NCBI GenBank assembly: GCA_963699165.1 | Contig: OY969413.1 | Location: 141,984 to 205,983, forward strand | Length of the DNA stretch: 64,000 nt | Source: Candidatus Kaiserbacteria bacterium | GTDB lineage: Bacteria > Patescibacteriota > Minisyncoccia > Phycocordibacterales > Phycocordibacteraceae | Direction of reading: 5' to 3' | Shown here: one piece after another, positions 38,150 through 47,967 of the stretch | Numbering within the stretch: the stretch's first letter is position 1 | Layout: the number at the start of each line of letters is the position of its first letter | Program-made: the position numbers and the translations under genes | Notes under the pieces: model-generated | The model's input: the letters and a program-made list of their open reading frames with translations, nothing else | What the model was told of the DNA's origin: nothing | The model's database searches: none

Positions 38150-39565
38150 ATGAGAAAGTTCATTTCATGGTTGTCCGTTTCGGCGCTTCTTGGAAGCATT
38201 GCCGCCGGATTTTTAATCCCGGCCGCGAATGCCGCGCCTGTCGCGAATTGGAACATCAGCGGGGCATGGGCGTTGAGTTTTGTGTACAACGGCGTGCCGA
38301 ATCCGAGCGCGTACGATGTAACGCTCGCGCAAAACGGGAATTCGCTCGCCGGGTCGGGCGGGTATCCGTCCGGCGGGCCGTATCAGTATCAATGGGTCAT
38401 CGACTCGGGAACGGTGAGCGGGAACAATTTCAACTTCACCGCGCATTACACCGCGGGCGCGGACGCGCTCACGCCGCTTACGACAATGCAGGTGAGCGGC
38501 ACGGTCGCGCCCGACGGTTCGATAAGCGGCGTCTGGAGCGATAATTATCAGGGCGGCAGCCGTTCCGGCACCTGGACCGGCACATCGACCTGCACCGCGA
38601 TTGCGGGACAGACGCTTGACACACTTCCCGTAACCGCCGCGGTCGTTGCGGCGAACGGACAGAAGATTAACGGCAAGCTCGCTGTGAGCAAATGCGGTGT
38701 CGGGGTGTATGTTGGTCCGAGCGTTACCGGCGTATCCGTCGGTGCGACCATAAACAATGACACGCTCGCAGGCGTGGACGTAAACGGCGGCGGCGCGGAT
38801 GTCACCGGCGCGACCATTTCCAACATCGGCGACACGCCGCTTGATGGAAATCAGTACGGCTGGGGCGTCTTGTATGCGAACGGCGCAACGGGGAAGGTCG
38901 CCAACAGCAAAATCAGCTCGTATCAAAAGGCGGGTGTGAAAATCACCGACGCCGGCACGAACGTAACCGTTTCCGGCAATACCGTCACCGGCCAGGGACA
39001 AATCACGTACATTGCGCAAAACGGCGTGGAATACGTTGATGGTGCGACGGGAGGTGTCACAAACAATCAAATTAGCGGAAACAGCTACGTTGGTCCGACC
39101 GCATGCGCGGATGAAAATTACTTCGCCCCGAGCTGCTATCAATCGGGCGGCGTATTGCTCTATGATGCTGCCTCCGGCATCACAATTGCCAATAACAAAG
39201 TGTCGAATAATGACATCGGCATTTGGCCGTATGAAGACACGGTTGCGAACAAGACGTATACCGTCAGCAACAACTGGCTTCAGAACAATTATGGGTACGG
39301 AGTCGTATTCGATGGAGCGAACGGAACGAGCACTCTCAACTCATTCCAAAACAACCAGGTCGGACTCTTGGTCACGGATGAATCGCAAAACTCGGTTGTA
39401 ACGAGTTTGAACGACCAGTTCGCGGGGAACGACGTGAACAACGAAGCGATTCAGGCAACGCCCGGGTCAGCGCTCTATGAAAACCTCGTAGTCGAGACAA
39501 CCGGTCGGTTTGTTCACTTGCCCGTGTTCGGAGGACCGCATTCGCCGCGATTCCCGAGATGGTAA
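38150..39565 (+). CDS. Secreted right-handed parallel beta-helix repeat protein (pectate-lyase/NosD-like fold)
   Basis: Signal peptide; many repeats of NxxVxGNTVTG / ITIANNKVSNNDIGIW type typical of PbH1 repeats. Confidence 0.55.
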   Translation: MRKFISWLSVSALLGSIAAGFLIPAANAAPVANWNISGAWALSFVYNGVPNPSAYDVTLAQNGNSLAGSGGYPSGGPYQYQWVIDSGTVSGNNFNFTAHYTAGADALTPLTTMQVSGTVAPDGSISGVWSDNYQGGSRSGTWTGTSTCTAIAGQTLDTLPVTAAVVAANGQKINGKLAVSKCGVGVYVGPSVTGVSVGATINNDTLAGVDVNGGGADVTGATISNIGDTPLDGNQYGWGVLYANGATGKVANSKISSYQKAGVKITDAGTNVTVSGNTVTGQGQITYIAQNGVEYVDGATGGVTNNQISGNSYVGPTACADENYFAPSCYQSGGVLLYDAASGITIANNKVSNNDIGIWPYEDTVANKTYTVSNNWLQNNYGYGVVFDGANGTSTLNSFQNNQVGLLVTDESQNSVVTSLNDQFAGNDVNNEAIQATPGSALYENLVVETTGRFVHLPVFGGPHSPRFPRW

Positions 39566-39669
39566 TGGGTAGTGTTGAATAGACAACGCTCGGCGTCTTA
39601 ATCGGGCGCAAAAGCAAAATCGTCCTCAAACGAGGACGATTTTGCTTTTGCGCCCGGTCGGAATCTTGG

Positions 39670-40137
39670 TCAGGACTTCTCCGGTCGATATATTTCGCCG
39701 TTATTAAAATTGCGAAGCGTCCGCTCCGTCGATTCGAACAGATTTTTCGGCAACGAATCGAGCGGAAACCATTTCCATTCTTTGCACTTTTGCGGCTCCA
39801 TCACTTTCGGCTCGCCGCTCGCGATAATTCCGAGAACACCCATATTTAAATAATGTTTATTGTCTGTTTTGATGTACCGCATCTCATCGCACACGGAAAT
39901 TAACTTGCATTCGCCAACGTTCAAATCCGTTTCTTCCTTTACTTCGCGCACGGCGGTCTGAAAGACGGTTTCGCCGAATTCCACATGACCGCCGGGGAAG
40001 GCCCACTCGCCGGCGCCATGTGCGCCGGCGCGCAGGCCGAGCAATACTTCGCCTTTTTCGTTTTGAATCATGACGCCTACGCCGACGCGCGGCCGCGGCT
40101 CTTCGCCGTTCGCATTTTTTTCCATGCCGCACAGCAT
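39670..40137 (-). CDS. NUDIX hydrolase
   Basis: Nudix box GGHVEFGETVFQTAVREVKEETDL. Confidence 0.8.
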   Translation of the reverse strand: MLCGMEKNANGEEPRPRVGVGVMIQNEKGEVLLGLRAGAHGAGEWAFPGGHVEFGETVFQTAVREVKEETDLNVGECKLISVCDEMRYIKTDNKHYLNMGVLGIIASGEPKVMEPQKCKEWKWFPLDSLPKNLFESTERTLRNFNNGEIYRPEKS

Positions 40138-40138
40138 A

Positions 40139-40732
40139 TCATTTCTTGTCCCGATTTTTGTATCGCCGCGAGATTAAAATGGCAGCCGCGATGACGATAA
40201 CGAACAATATCCAGTCGGCTGTTGTGAGAATTGCCGAAAAATTCTGCCAGTCGATTCCGAGCACATATCCCGCGCACAGAACGAGTCCGTTTGAAGCAAC
40301 GTTGCCGAGGATGTCGTACGCGATAAACGTCGTGAACGGAACGCCGATGAAGCCGGCAAACAGATTCGTAAGCGGGTCGGCGGTGCCGATGAATCGCGTA
40401 ATGAAAATGGTGGAACGCGGATGCCGTTCTACGTACCGCTCGAGCCGTTCGAGATATGCCGGCGTGCGCCGATGGAGCATGCCGAGAAGGCGGCGGCCGT
40501 ATGTGCGCGCAAGCGCGTACATGAGCGTATCGCCAAGCGTGTTTGCTCCCGCGGCGATGGCAAGCGAAACGGGGAAGTTGAAATATCCCTGGCCGGAAAA
40601 TGCGCCCACGGCAAGCAGCACCGTGCTCGTCGGAAGCGGAAAAATGAGTCCTGCGACGAGCATGACCGCAAACAGCGCCCAGTATTTATACAAAAGCAAA
40701 AACGACAGCAGGAACGAAATAAACCCGGTCAT
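40139..40732 (-). CDS. DedA/VTT-domain family membrane protein
   Basis: Multi-TM; GDTLMYALARTYGRRLL is the DedA signature region; 1-bp spacing to nudix gene. Confidence 0.7.
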   Translation of the reverse strand: MTGFISFLLSFLLLYKYWALFAVMLVAGLIFPLPTSTVLLAVGAFSGQGYFNFPVSLAIAAGANTLGDTLMYALARTYGRRLLGMLHRRTPAYLERLERYVERHPRSTIFITRFIGTADPLTNLFAGFIGVPFTTFIAYDILGNVASNGLVLCAGYVLGIDWQNFSAILTTADWILFVIVIAAAILISRRYKNRDKK

Positions 40733-41130
40733 TGCGCTTTTGCCGCGTAAGCGCGGACGGCGTCTTGCACTTGCTTCAAAAATGCCGCCTGCGCACGACC
40801 TTCGCTTTTGGCGCAGGCGGCTATAGTCAGACGCGGGTATTCATGATCGGTTATGGCAAGAGCCGTTTGCAGATATATCGGAGGCAGATTGAAGAGATGA
40901 TTGATGTAATCGAACGTCATCCATGACGCAATGCGATTTGCATCGTTTGCGGTTGCGGGTCCGTGCGCATGGATTCTAGCCAGCAGAGATGCGCGCGCAT
41001 TCGCGTAATTAAGTTGACTTAACCGGTCGGATTCTCGGACGAGAAGCGCGCACAGGATGATAAGAATAGCCGCCGCGGCCGCGATGCAGATTTTCATGAG
41101 GAGACGTAGTCGTTTTCGTGTCGATTGCAT
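40729..41130 (-). CDS. Membrane-anchored hypothetical protein, translationally coupled (ATGA) to dedA
   Basis: Start chosen at MQSTRKRL (TM segment ICIAAAAAILIILCALLV); longer ORF to 41274 would overlap lctP. Confidence 0.4.
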   Translation of the reverse strand: MQSTRKRLRLLMKICIAAAAAILIILCALLVRESDRLSQLNYANARASLLARIHAHGPATANDANRIASWMTFDYINHLFNLPPIYLQTALAITDHEYPRLTIAACAKSEGRAQAAFLKQVQDAVRAYAAKAQ

Positions 41131-41173
41131 AAGACGTTTTATTTGCGCACATACATAGTACAATAATACGGAC

Positions 41174-42931
41174 ATGTGGCAGCAGGCGACGGACCCATTC
41201 CATAGCGTAATCGTTTCCGCGGCGGTCGCGGCCGTCCCGATTCTATTTCTTTTCATCCTCCTTTTGAGCCGCAAGGTTGCCGGACATGTCGCGGCATTGC
41301 TGACGCTCTTGCTCGGGTTGGCTCTCGCCGTGACTGCGTTCGCGATGCCGGTCGGACTTGCGGGAATGGCCGCGCTCTACGGCGTTCTGAACGGATTGTT
41401 CCCGATCGGGTGGATTGTGCTGAATGCGGTGTTTCTTTACAACATCAGCGTCCGAAGCGGCGGTTTTGAAATCGTACGAGACAGTATTGAGTCGGTTACG
41501 GCCGACCGGCGGTTGCAAGCACTTCTCATTGCTTTTTGCTTCGGCGCATTTCTCGAAGGCGCTGCCGGATTCGGGGCGCCGGTTGCCATTACCGCGGGCA
41601 TGCTGGTCGGACTCGGTTTCGAAGCGCTGTATGCGGCGGGCGTTTGTCTTATTGCAAATACCGCTCCGGTGGCTTTCGGCGGCATCGGCATTGCGGTTAT
41701 CACGGCAGGACATTTGACCGGCATCGACCCGAATGTGTTAAGCAAAATGATTGCGCACCAGCTTCCGTTCATCGCGCTCATCATCCCGCTCTGGCTCGTA
41801 GTCATCGTCGCGGGTTGGAAAGGTGCGCGTGAAGTATGGCCGGCCGTTTTGGTAACCGGCGCTTCTTACGCGCTCACGATGTTTCTGACCGCAAGCTATC
41901 TCGGTCCCATGCTGCCGGACGTGCTATCGGCCATCGTCTCGATTCTTTGTTTGATAGGACTGCTCAAAATATGGCATCCGATAGAGGTTTGGCGTTTCCC
42001 GAAAGAACGGCTGAACGCTCTTGCGCCGTCGAATCGCGCGCATAGTTGGGATGAACTGATCCGCGCATGGTCGCCGTTTCTGTTACTCGTGATTTTCGTC
42101 GGCAACTGGGGAACACCGGGCGTGCAGCAGCTCCTCAATAAAGTAACCATTCAAATACCTTTCGGCATTCTCGCGCACTCGATTATCGGCAATGGCGTCC
42201 CGCTTTCAATCAGCTATTCTTTCGCATGGCTTGAAGCCGCAGGCACCGCAATATTTTTTGCAGCCGCTCTTTCCGCCGTCATGCTCGGCCTTTCGTGGAT
42301 CGCATTTTGGCAGACGGCGCTGCAGACGCTCAAGGAATTGTTCAAGCCGCTTGCCACCATCGGTTCGATTGTCGGCTTCGCGTATGTTGCGAATTATTCG
42401 GGCATGTCCGTTGCCATAGGGAACGCGCTCGCCGACACGGGAGTGTTCTTTCCGTTTCTTTCGCCGCTTATCGGCTGGTTCGGCGTTTTCATAACGGGAA
42501 GCGATACGTCGTCAAATGCTCTTTTCAGCACCATTCAGTCGCAGACCGCGCAATCGCTCGGTGTGAGCCCGGTCTTGAGTGTCGCGTCAAACAGCAGCGG
42601 CGGAGTTGCGGCAAAGATGATTTCTCCGCAAAGCATCGCCGTGGCGACCGCTTCCGCAAAGCTTCCGGAGCAGGAGGGAAGATTGTTCAGGTTCACCATC
42701 CTGCATAGCGTTGGACTCGTGCTCGTCATTTGCACGATTGCCTATTTGCAGGCGCGATACGCGACGTGGATGATTCCAAAAGCGGCGGCTGCATCGGCAT
42801 CGGCGGCAGGCGGGTTCGATTATGTCGCGGCAAGCATTGCAACCGCATCAATCGTCGCAGTGCTTTTTCTTGCGGTCGTATCCCGCTCGGTCGGGCGTAC
42901 TGTGTTCGACAGAACGGCACTTGCCCGATAA
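41174..42931 (+). CDS. lctP: L-lactate permease (LctP family)
   Basis: 585 aa, about 14 TM, N-terminus MWQQATDPFHSVIVSAAVAAVPILFLF and conserved GAAGFGAPVAITAGML. Confidence 0.8.
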   Translation: MWQQATDPFHSVIVSAAVAAVPILFLFILLLSRKVAGHVAALLTLLLGLALAVTAFAMPVGLAGMAALYGVLNGLFPIGWIVLNAVFLYNISVRSGGFEIVRDSIESVTADRRLQALLIAFCFGAFLEGAAGFGAPVAITAGMLVGLGFEALYAAGVCLIANTAPVAFGGIGIAVITAGHLTGIDPNVLSKMIAHQLPFIALIIPLWLVVIVAGWKGAREVWPAVLVTGASYALTMFLTASYLGPMLPDVLSAIVSILCLIGLLKIWHPIEVWRFPKERLNALAPSNRAHSWDELIRAWSPFLLLVIFVGNWGTPGVQQLLNKVTIQIPFGILAHSIIGNGVPLSISYSFAWLEAAGTAIFFAAALSAVMLGLSWIAFWQTALQTLKELFKPLATIGSIVGFAYVANYSGMSVAIGNALADTGVFFPFLSPLIGWFGVFITGSDTSSNALFSTIQSQTAQSLGVSPVLSVASNSSGGVAAKMISPQSIAVATASAKLPEQEGRLFRFTILHSVGLVLVICTIAYLQARYATWMIPKAAAASASAAGGFDYVAASIATASIVAVLFLAVVSRSVGRTVFDRTALAR

Positions 42932-42945
42932 AATACGCGCATCGC

Positions 42946-43332
42946 ATGGAACCGAATTCCGCAGAACAAATTATCGGGGTAAACGCGCCGCTCATTTGCC
43001 CGTATTGCCATCAGCCGGTCGAGCCGACCTTTTATTATTGTCCGAATTGCGGCACAAAGCTCAACGTCGCACCGCTTTCGACAACGCCGCTCACGCAGGC
43101 GTGGATTTACGCGTTCAGCATCATCCTGCCGTTTATCTGCTTCTTGGCAGTGGGGAAATGGCCGGGATTGAAATATTATCGGTCCGAAGATCCGAAGACG
43201 AAATCAATCGGAATGACCGCGTGGATTCTGATGCTTCTCTCGACGATTGTCATGTGCTGGCTCGCCTACGTTTGGACGATGGACGCGATTCAGTCGACGG
43301 TAAATAGCATCAATACGGATTTGAGCGCATGA
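42946..43332 (+). CDS. Zinc-ribbon domain membrane protein
   Basis: CPYCHQPVEPTFYYCPNCGTKL followed by two TM helices. Confidence 0.5.
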   Translation: MEPNSAEQIIGVNAPLICPYCHQPVEPTFYYCPNCGTKLNVAPLSTTPLTQAWIYAFSIILPFICFLAVGKWPGLKYYRSEDPKTKSIGMTAWILMLLSTIVMCWLAYVWTMDAIQSTVNSINTDLSA

Positions 43333-43420
43333 TTTTCGGAGCGCGCGACGTTGCTCGACTGTACTGAGTGTAAAGCAATCCGCCGTGAGGCGGATTTCTT
43401 TTTTTTGGTTTCTTTCGACT

Positions 43421-44050
43421 TTAGCCGTTTGATCGTTTGAGATTGAACGTGCCGGAAATTTCTCCGTATTGGCTTGACCTCGTGAAGGTTCCCGAAACGG
43501 TGTCCCCGGATTGCGTTCCCGTAAAGGTAATGTTCGCACCGGTCTCGGCCTGGCCCGAGAAGCTGAGCGAATTGCCGTTAACTTGCAACTGAACCGGTCT
43601 GCCGGCGACACTGGTGCATTGCGGTTTTTCGGTTACGGGCGATGCTCCGGTGAGGGTGATGACCTCGGTTGTGCACAAATTGCTGTACGAGAGTGTGCCG
43701 ACGGCGGTGCCGTTCTCGACTTTCTGAATGACGATGGTTACGTCGCCGCTCGTGGTGACTGCGGTGCTCGAGTGTGCAAGAACGATTTTCCCCGACCCTT
43801 GCATTCCTTTGCCCGGCGTTGCCGAAACCCATGTCCCGACCAAACTTGAAGCGGCAGGCGCATTTGCCGCCGCCGTGTTGGTGACACCCGCGGCCGCCGT
43901 GCCGGTTGTGCTTGCCGCCGGTACGTTCGCCGTTTGCGAAGTTTGCTCCGAGGATTTGGTTTTGTTAAGTACGGAGACCGCTATGACGACAATGAATACC
44001 AGAACGAACGCCCCGATCGCGTAGTACAGCAAGGAAGATTTTTTGTTCAT
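43421..44050 (-). CDS. Membrane-anchored hypothetical protein with Thr/Ala-rich linker
   Basis: N-terminal TM, low-complexity linker, about 130-aa C-terminal domain with two Cys. Confidence 0.4.
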   Translation of the reverse strand: MNKKSSLLYYAIGAFVLVFIVVIAVSVLNKTKSSEQTSQTANVPAASTTGTAAAGVTNTAAANAPAASSLVGTWVSATPGKGMQGSGKIVLAHSSTAVTTSGDVTIVIQKVENGTAVGTLSYSNLCTTEVITLTGASPVTEKPQCTSVAGRPVQLQVNGNSLSFSGQAETGANITFTGTQSGDTVSGTFTRSSQYGEISGTFNLKRSNG

Positions 44051-44178
44051 ATAAGTAAATATCTATAAAAAGAGTACGAGATCCGCGGTATTTTGCCGCA
44101 AGTATATGATAGCAGATTTGCAGTGCGTGCGGAGCATTCTTCATGCGATATTTCGAATTCGGTTTGTAAAATTTGCGC

Positions 44179-44397
44179 ATGAAAACAATGACTTGCGCGC
44201 AAATGGGCGGCGAATGCGATGCGGAAATATCGGCCGAAACGCCGGATGAAATGATTGAGAAGGGCATGGCGCATCTCGAAATCGCGCATCCGAAAATGGC
44301 CGCCGATGTCAAAGCAACGCCCGAAGACGATCCGATTATGGTCGCATGGGGCGAAAAGTTTGCAAAAGAATGGGAAGCGGCTCCCGAGGCGAAGTAG
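44179..44397 (+). CDS. DUF1059-family small protein
   Basis: MKTMTCAQMGGECDAEISAETPDEMIEKGMAHLEIAHP fits the DUF1059 N-terminal C..G..CD pattern. Confidence 0.5.
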   Translation: MKTMTCAQMGGECDAEISAETPDEMIEKGMAHLEIAHPKMAADVKATPEDDPIMVAWGEKFAKEWEAAPEAK

Positions 44398-44499
44398 CAT
44401 CGGTAATGTTCTTCATGATGATACGGCGTAATGAATACGGAAATAACATGAAGGGACGGCGGTAATTTCCTTACTTTAGCCATAACGACGTATCGGCTT

Positions 44500-46824
44500 A
44501 TGATTTACTCGGCACATCGGCGTCTTGCGGGACCGGTTTTGTTTTTGCTTGGCGGTTTTTTCGCGGCGCCGCTTTTTGCGAATGCAGGCACCAACCTCAT
44601 TCAGAATCCGACGTTTGCGATTCAAGGCGCCACGACTTCGCCGATGAACTGGATACCGGTTTTCTGGGGCGCTGCGGCAAGTTCGACGTTTGCATATCCG
44701 GTTTCCGGCGAGGACGATAATTTTGCCGCGCAAGTCACGGTACCGACATACGGTGCCGTCGGTGAAGGGAATGGTTCCGCCGAATGGCTGCCGGGACGCG
44801 TCCTCATTAATCCGGGCGCGTTGTATACCTTTTCCGATTGGTACAAATCCGATGCCGAAAGTTATGTCGCCGTACAATGGCTGCTGAACGACGGAACGTT
44901 TTTGACGGAATCCGTGGCGACGCTCGCGCCGACGGGAGGGCAGTGGGCAAACGACATGCAGATTTTCAGCGCGCCCGAGAATGCAATCGCCGTGACGCCG
45001 ATTCATTTCATTCAAAGCGCAGGGACGTTCGCCATCGACAATGTTTCTCTGGCCGAGGGCGCAAATGCGTTCCCCGGAGCATTAAATAAAGCGATTGTAT
45101 CGCTGACGTTTGACAACGGATACGAATCGCAATATCTGAACGCGTTTCCGATATTGCAGTCCGCGCATCTGCCGGCTACGTTCTATATCATCACAAATAC
45201 AATCAAGAATTCCATCTACGACTTCTTTACCGACCCTAACGAAGCGATAAAGACCGCGACAACGTCGACGAGCGCCGCATGGTCGCAGATTTACACGGAT
45301 TCGAAAGTGCAGGCGCTCATTTTCTCGGATACGTATACTTCCGACGGGACAAGCACGATTGAAGCCGACTACACCATTAACAGTGCCGCGAGTTCGACAA
45401 TTCTCGGAACGCTTGCCGCCGGAACAAACGCACGGGCGTTATTCACATTCACTCTTCCGATTGTCGCGAGCAGTACGGTTACCCCGATAAGCATCATGCA
45501 TCGGAGTTCGTCCGCGCTCACCGCTTCCAATCCGTCGCTGATTGAAAACATTCCGCAGCAAATGAGCGTTCCGCAATTGCAGGCGCTCTGGGCGGCTGGC
45601 AATGAAATTGCTTCGCACACCGTTACGCATAGCGACCTGACCGCGCTCTCGACCGCGCAAGTATCGCAAGAACTCGCGAATTCCCGTGCGGCGCTCGCCT
45701 CATGGGGCATAGTCCCGGACGATGGATTGGCGTATCCTTTCGGGAACTATAGCGCCGGCATTGAAACGCAGACGGCGGGAGCGGGCTACATAGACGCACG
45801 CACCGTGGACATCGGGTATAACACGGCGCTCACCGACAAATTTGCACTAAAGAGTCAGAGTTTGGTGTCCTCGACGACCTTTAGCGTTGCGCAGTCGTGG
45901 ATAGACACGGCAATTGCCAACAAGCTTTGGCTCATCATTACGTTCCATGACGTCGACAATCAGGCCACGATTAATGCCAACGGGGAAACGTACGGCACGA
46001 CGCCTCAAATCCTGCAGCAGATTGCGGATTATCTGAAATCGCAATCGTCGAATGTGTCGGTGCTGAGCGTACACGACGCGCTCGGACATCTGAGTACGAC
46101 GACAGACGCAACGTCAACGCCTCCGGCCGATACGACTCCGCCGGTTATAACGCTTAACGGTTCGCCAACGATTACGCTCACCGTCGGTGATGCGTATACG
46201 GAACCTGGCGCGACCGCTACCGATACCGTAGATAGCACGGATGCCGTCGTCATAAGCGGCGATGCGGTCAATACCGCAGTTCCCGGCATATATGTCGTGA
46301 AATATGATGCGACCGATGCGGCGGGGAATCATGCCGTGGAGGTGACGCGCACCGTAACCGTGGTCGCGGCTACTTCGTCGGTCACGACGGGCGGAGGCGG
46401 CGGAAGCAGTAGTGGCGGCGGCAGTATCGGCGGAGGCGGAGGATCGATTCTCGCCGGCAGTAGCGGTTCGCCGAATCCGTACCCGTGGGAAATTCACGAT
46501 GCGGCAAGCACGACGCCTGAAGCCGTTCCCGTCATTTCGAAACATATCAAGCCGCACACCGGTTACGTGCTCGGCGCCGCAACGTTCAAGTTTTCCAAAC
46601 ATCTAGCGCTTCGCTCACACGGCACGGACGTAACCGAGCTTCAGAAGTTTCTCATTGAAGAAGGTTTCCGAATTCCTTCCGGCGCTTCCGGTTACTTCGG
46701 TGCGCAGACCAAGGCGGCGGTAATAGCGTATCAAAAGGCAAACGGCCTTCCGCATACGGGCTATGTCGGTCCGCTTACGCTCGCGCTCTTAAACAAGGGC
46801 AGCGGTCTCGCGTTGGGGAAATAA
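44500..46824 (+). CDS. Secreted multidomain polysaccharide deacetylase (NodB) with an Ig-like domain (DUF5011 type), a poly-Gly linker and a C-terminal PG_binding_1 domain
   Basis: Signal peptide; IVSLTFDNGYESQY ... ITFHDV (NodB motifs); PPVITLNGSPTITLTVGDAYTEPGATATD (Ig-like); C-terminal TDVTELQKFLIEEGFRIPSGASGYFGAQTKAAVIAYQKANGL. Confidence 0.7.
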   Translation: MIYSAHRRLAGPVLFLLGGFFAAPLFANAGTNLIQNPTFAIQGATTSPMNWIPVFWGAAASSTFAYPVSGEDDNFAAQVTVPTYGAVGEGNGSAEWLPGRVLINPGALYTFSDWYKSDAESYVAVQWLLNDGTFLTESVATLAPTGGQWANDMQIFSAPENAIAVTPIHFIQSAGTFAIDNVSLAEGANAFPGALNKAIVSLTFDNGYESQYLNAFPILQSAHLPATFYIITNTIKNSIYDFFTDPNEAIKTATTSTSAAWSQIYTDSKVQALIFSDTYTSDGTSTIEADYTINSAASSTILGTLAAGTNARALFTFTLPIVASSTVTPISIMHRSSSALTASNPSLIENIPQQMSVPQLQALWAAGNEIASHTVTHSDLTALSTAQVSQELANSRAALASWGIVPDDGLAYPFGNYSAGIETQTAGAGYIDARTVDIGYNTALTDKFALKSQSLVSSTTFSVAQSWIDTAIANKLWLIITFHDVDNQATINANGETYGTTPQILQQIADYLKSQSSNVSVLSVHDALGHLSTTTDATSTPPADTTPPVITLNGSPTITLTVGDAYTEPGATATDTVDSTDAVVISGDAVNTAVPGIYVVKYDATDAAGNHAVEVTRTVTVVAATSSVTTGGGGGSSSGGGSIGGGGGSILAGSSGSPNPYPWEIHDAASTTPEAVPVISKHIKPHTGYVLGAATFKFSKHLALRSHGTDVTELQKFLIEEGFRIPSGASGYFGAQTKAAVIAYQKANGLPHTGYVGPLTLALLNKGSGLALGK

Positions 46825-46879
46825 CGAGACGGTTGACAGGATTCAAGGTAATGGGTTATATACAGCCAGTATAGTTCAC

Positions 46880-47940
46880 GGCACCCAAACCCCTCAATTC
46901 GAACGACGGTTTTTTGCGCTCCTCTGAGCGCGTTGTTTCTTTTCCGCAGCATACGCCTCATCTGGCGTGAGTGAACCGAGCACATCCATGAAGCGGCGAT
47001 TCATCTTTGCTTCGAGTTTCTGCACAAATCTTTTTGAATACTTTGAAATATCCGAGCTTTTCGGGATGTACCGCCGCAAGTCCTTGTTCAGATTCTCGAT
47101 TGATGGCTTCTCCCATGGCGCATGCACATGACAGAAATATATCTTCACCCCAAGCACCTTCTCTAGCCGTTTGTGTTCGAGAAAGAGAATATCGTTGTCG
47201 AATGTGATGGTCTGCATCTCGGGATACCGCTTTTTCATTCTGCGAAGCGCTCGCTCCACGTTTCGCACTGACACTGGCAGGATCCGCTCCAGCAGGTTTT
47301 TGCGCACCCTGCGATCCCGCAGACCAAGAATGATGCCTTGACCGCTCTTGCCCGACACGATGAAGTCGCCCTCCATGTGACCCAATCCCCATCGCTTGTT
47401 GATTTTGCTCGGTCGTTTGTCGATCAGGCGCTTGTCGGCAATGTGTGGTTTCGATGGCCGAGAGCGTCGCCTCTTCTTGAATAACTTTGCTCGATGCGAC
47501 TCGATCCGTCTGCCATACGGGCTCTTGATATATCGGCGTATAGCCGAGGATGAAGCATATCCGATATCCTTCTCGATCCGCTTCAATCGAAGTGAGATGT
47601 TTTCGGGCGACTGATCGTCGAAGAGATGCGCCTCGATGAACTTCCGGAGCTTCGGGTCGAGAGCAATCATCTTGCCGACCGCTCGGCTGTATTTCCTTCG
47701 TACGTATGAAATGTGATGCGCATATGCAGCATCATACGGCCGTCCCTTCCTCTTCTTTTGCGTCTCGTACCATATGACACTCTTCGGTCGGTCGAGTGCA
47801 TCTCCGACATCTTGCAAAGAGTATCCCTTCGCTAACAGTATCTGTATTTCGTCTCGTTCGGACCTTGTGAAGTGCGCACCGCCGGAGGTTTTTTCATTCG
47901 CTCAATGTATCAAACGTTCGAATTCAAAAGACCAGTCGCC
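46880..47940 (-). mobile_element. IS30-family insertion sequence copy C (imperfect TSD)
   Basis: Identical 1061 bp; flanks give TTG/GTG (2 of 3) in element orientation; about 28 bp upstream of the KGG gene start. Confidence 0.85.
46894..47817 (-). CDS. IS30-family transposase (copy C)
   Basis: Identical to copy A protein. Confidence 0.9.
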   Translation of the reverse strand: MQDVGDALDRPKSVIWYETQKKRKGRPYDAAYAHHISYVRRKYSRAVGKMIALDPKLRKFIEAHLFDDQSPENISLRLKRIEKDIGYASSSAIRRYIKSPYGRRIESHRAKLFKKRRRSRPSKPHIADKRLIDKRPSKINKRWGLGHMEGDFIVSGKSGQGIILGLRDRRVRKNLLERILPVSVRNVERALRRMKKRYPEMQTITFDNDILFLEHKRLEKVLGVKIYFCHVHAPWEKPSIENLNKDLRRYIPKSSDISKYSKRFVQKLEAKMNRRFMDVLGSLTPDEAYAAEKKQRAQRSAKNRRSN

Positions 47941-47967
47941 CAAAGTCAGAAGGGGAGGGTTCGAGTT

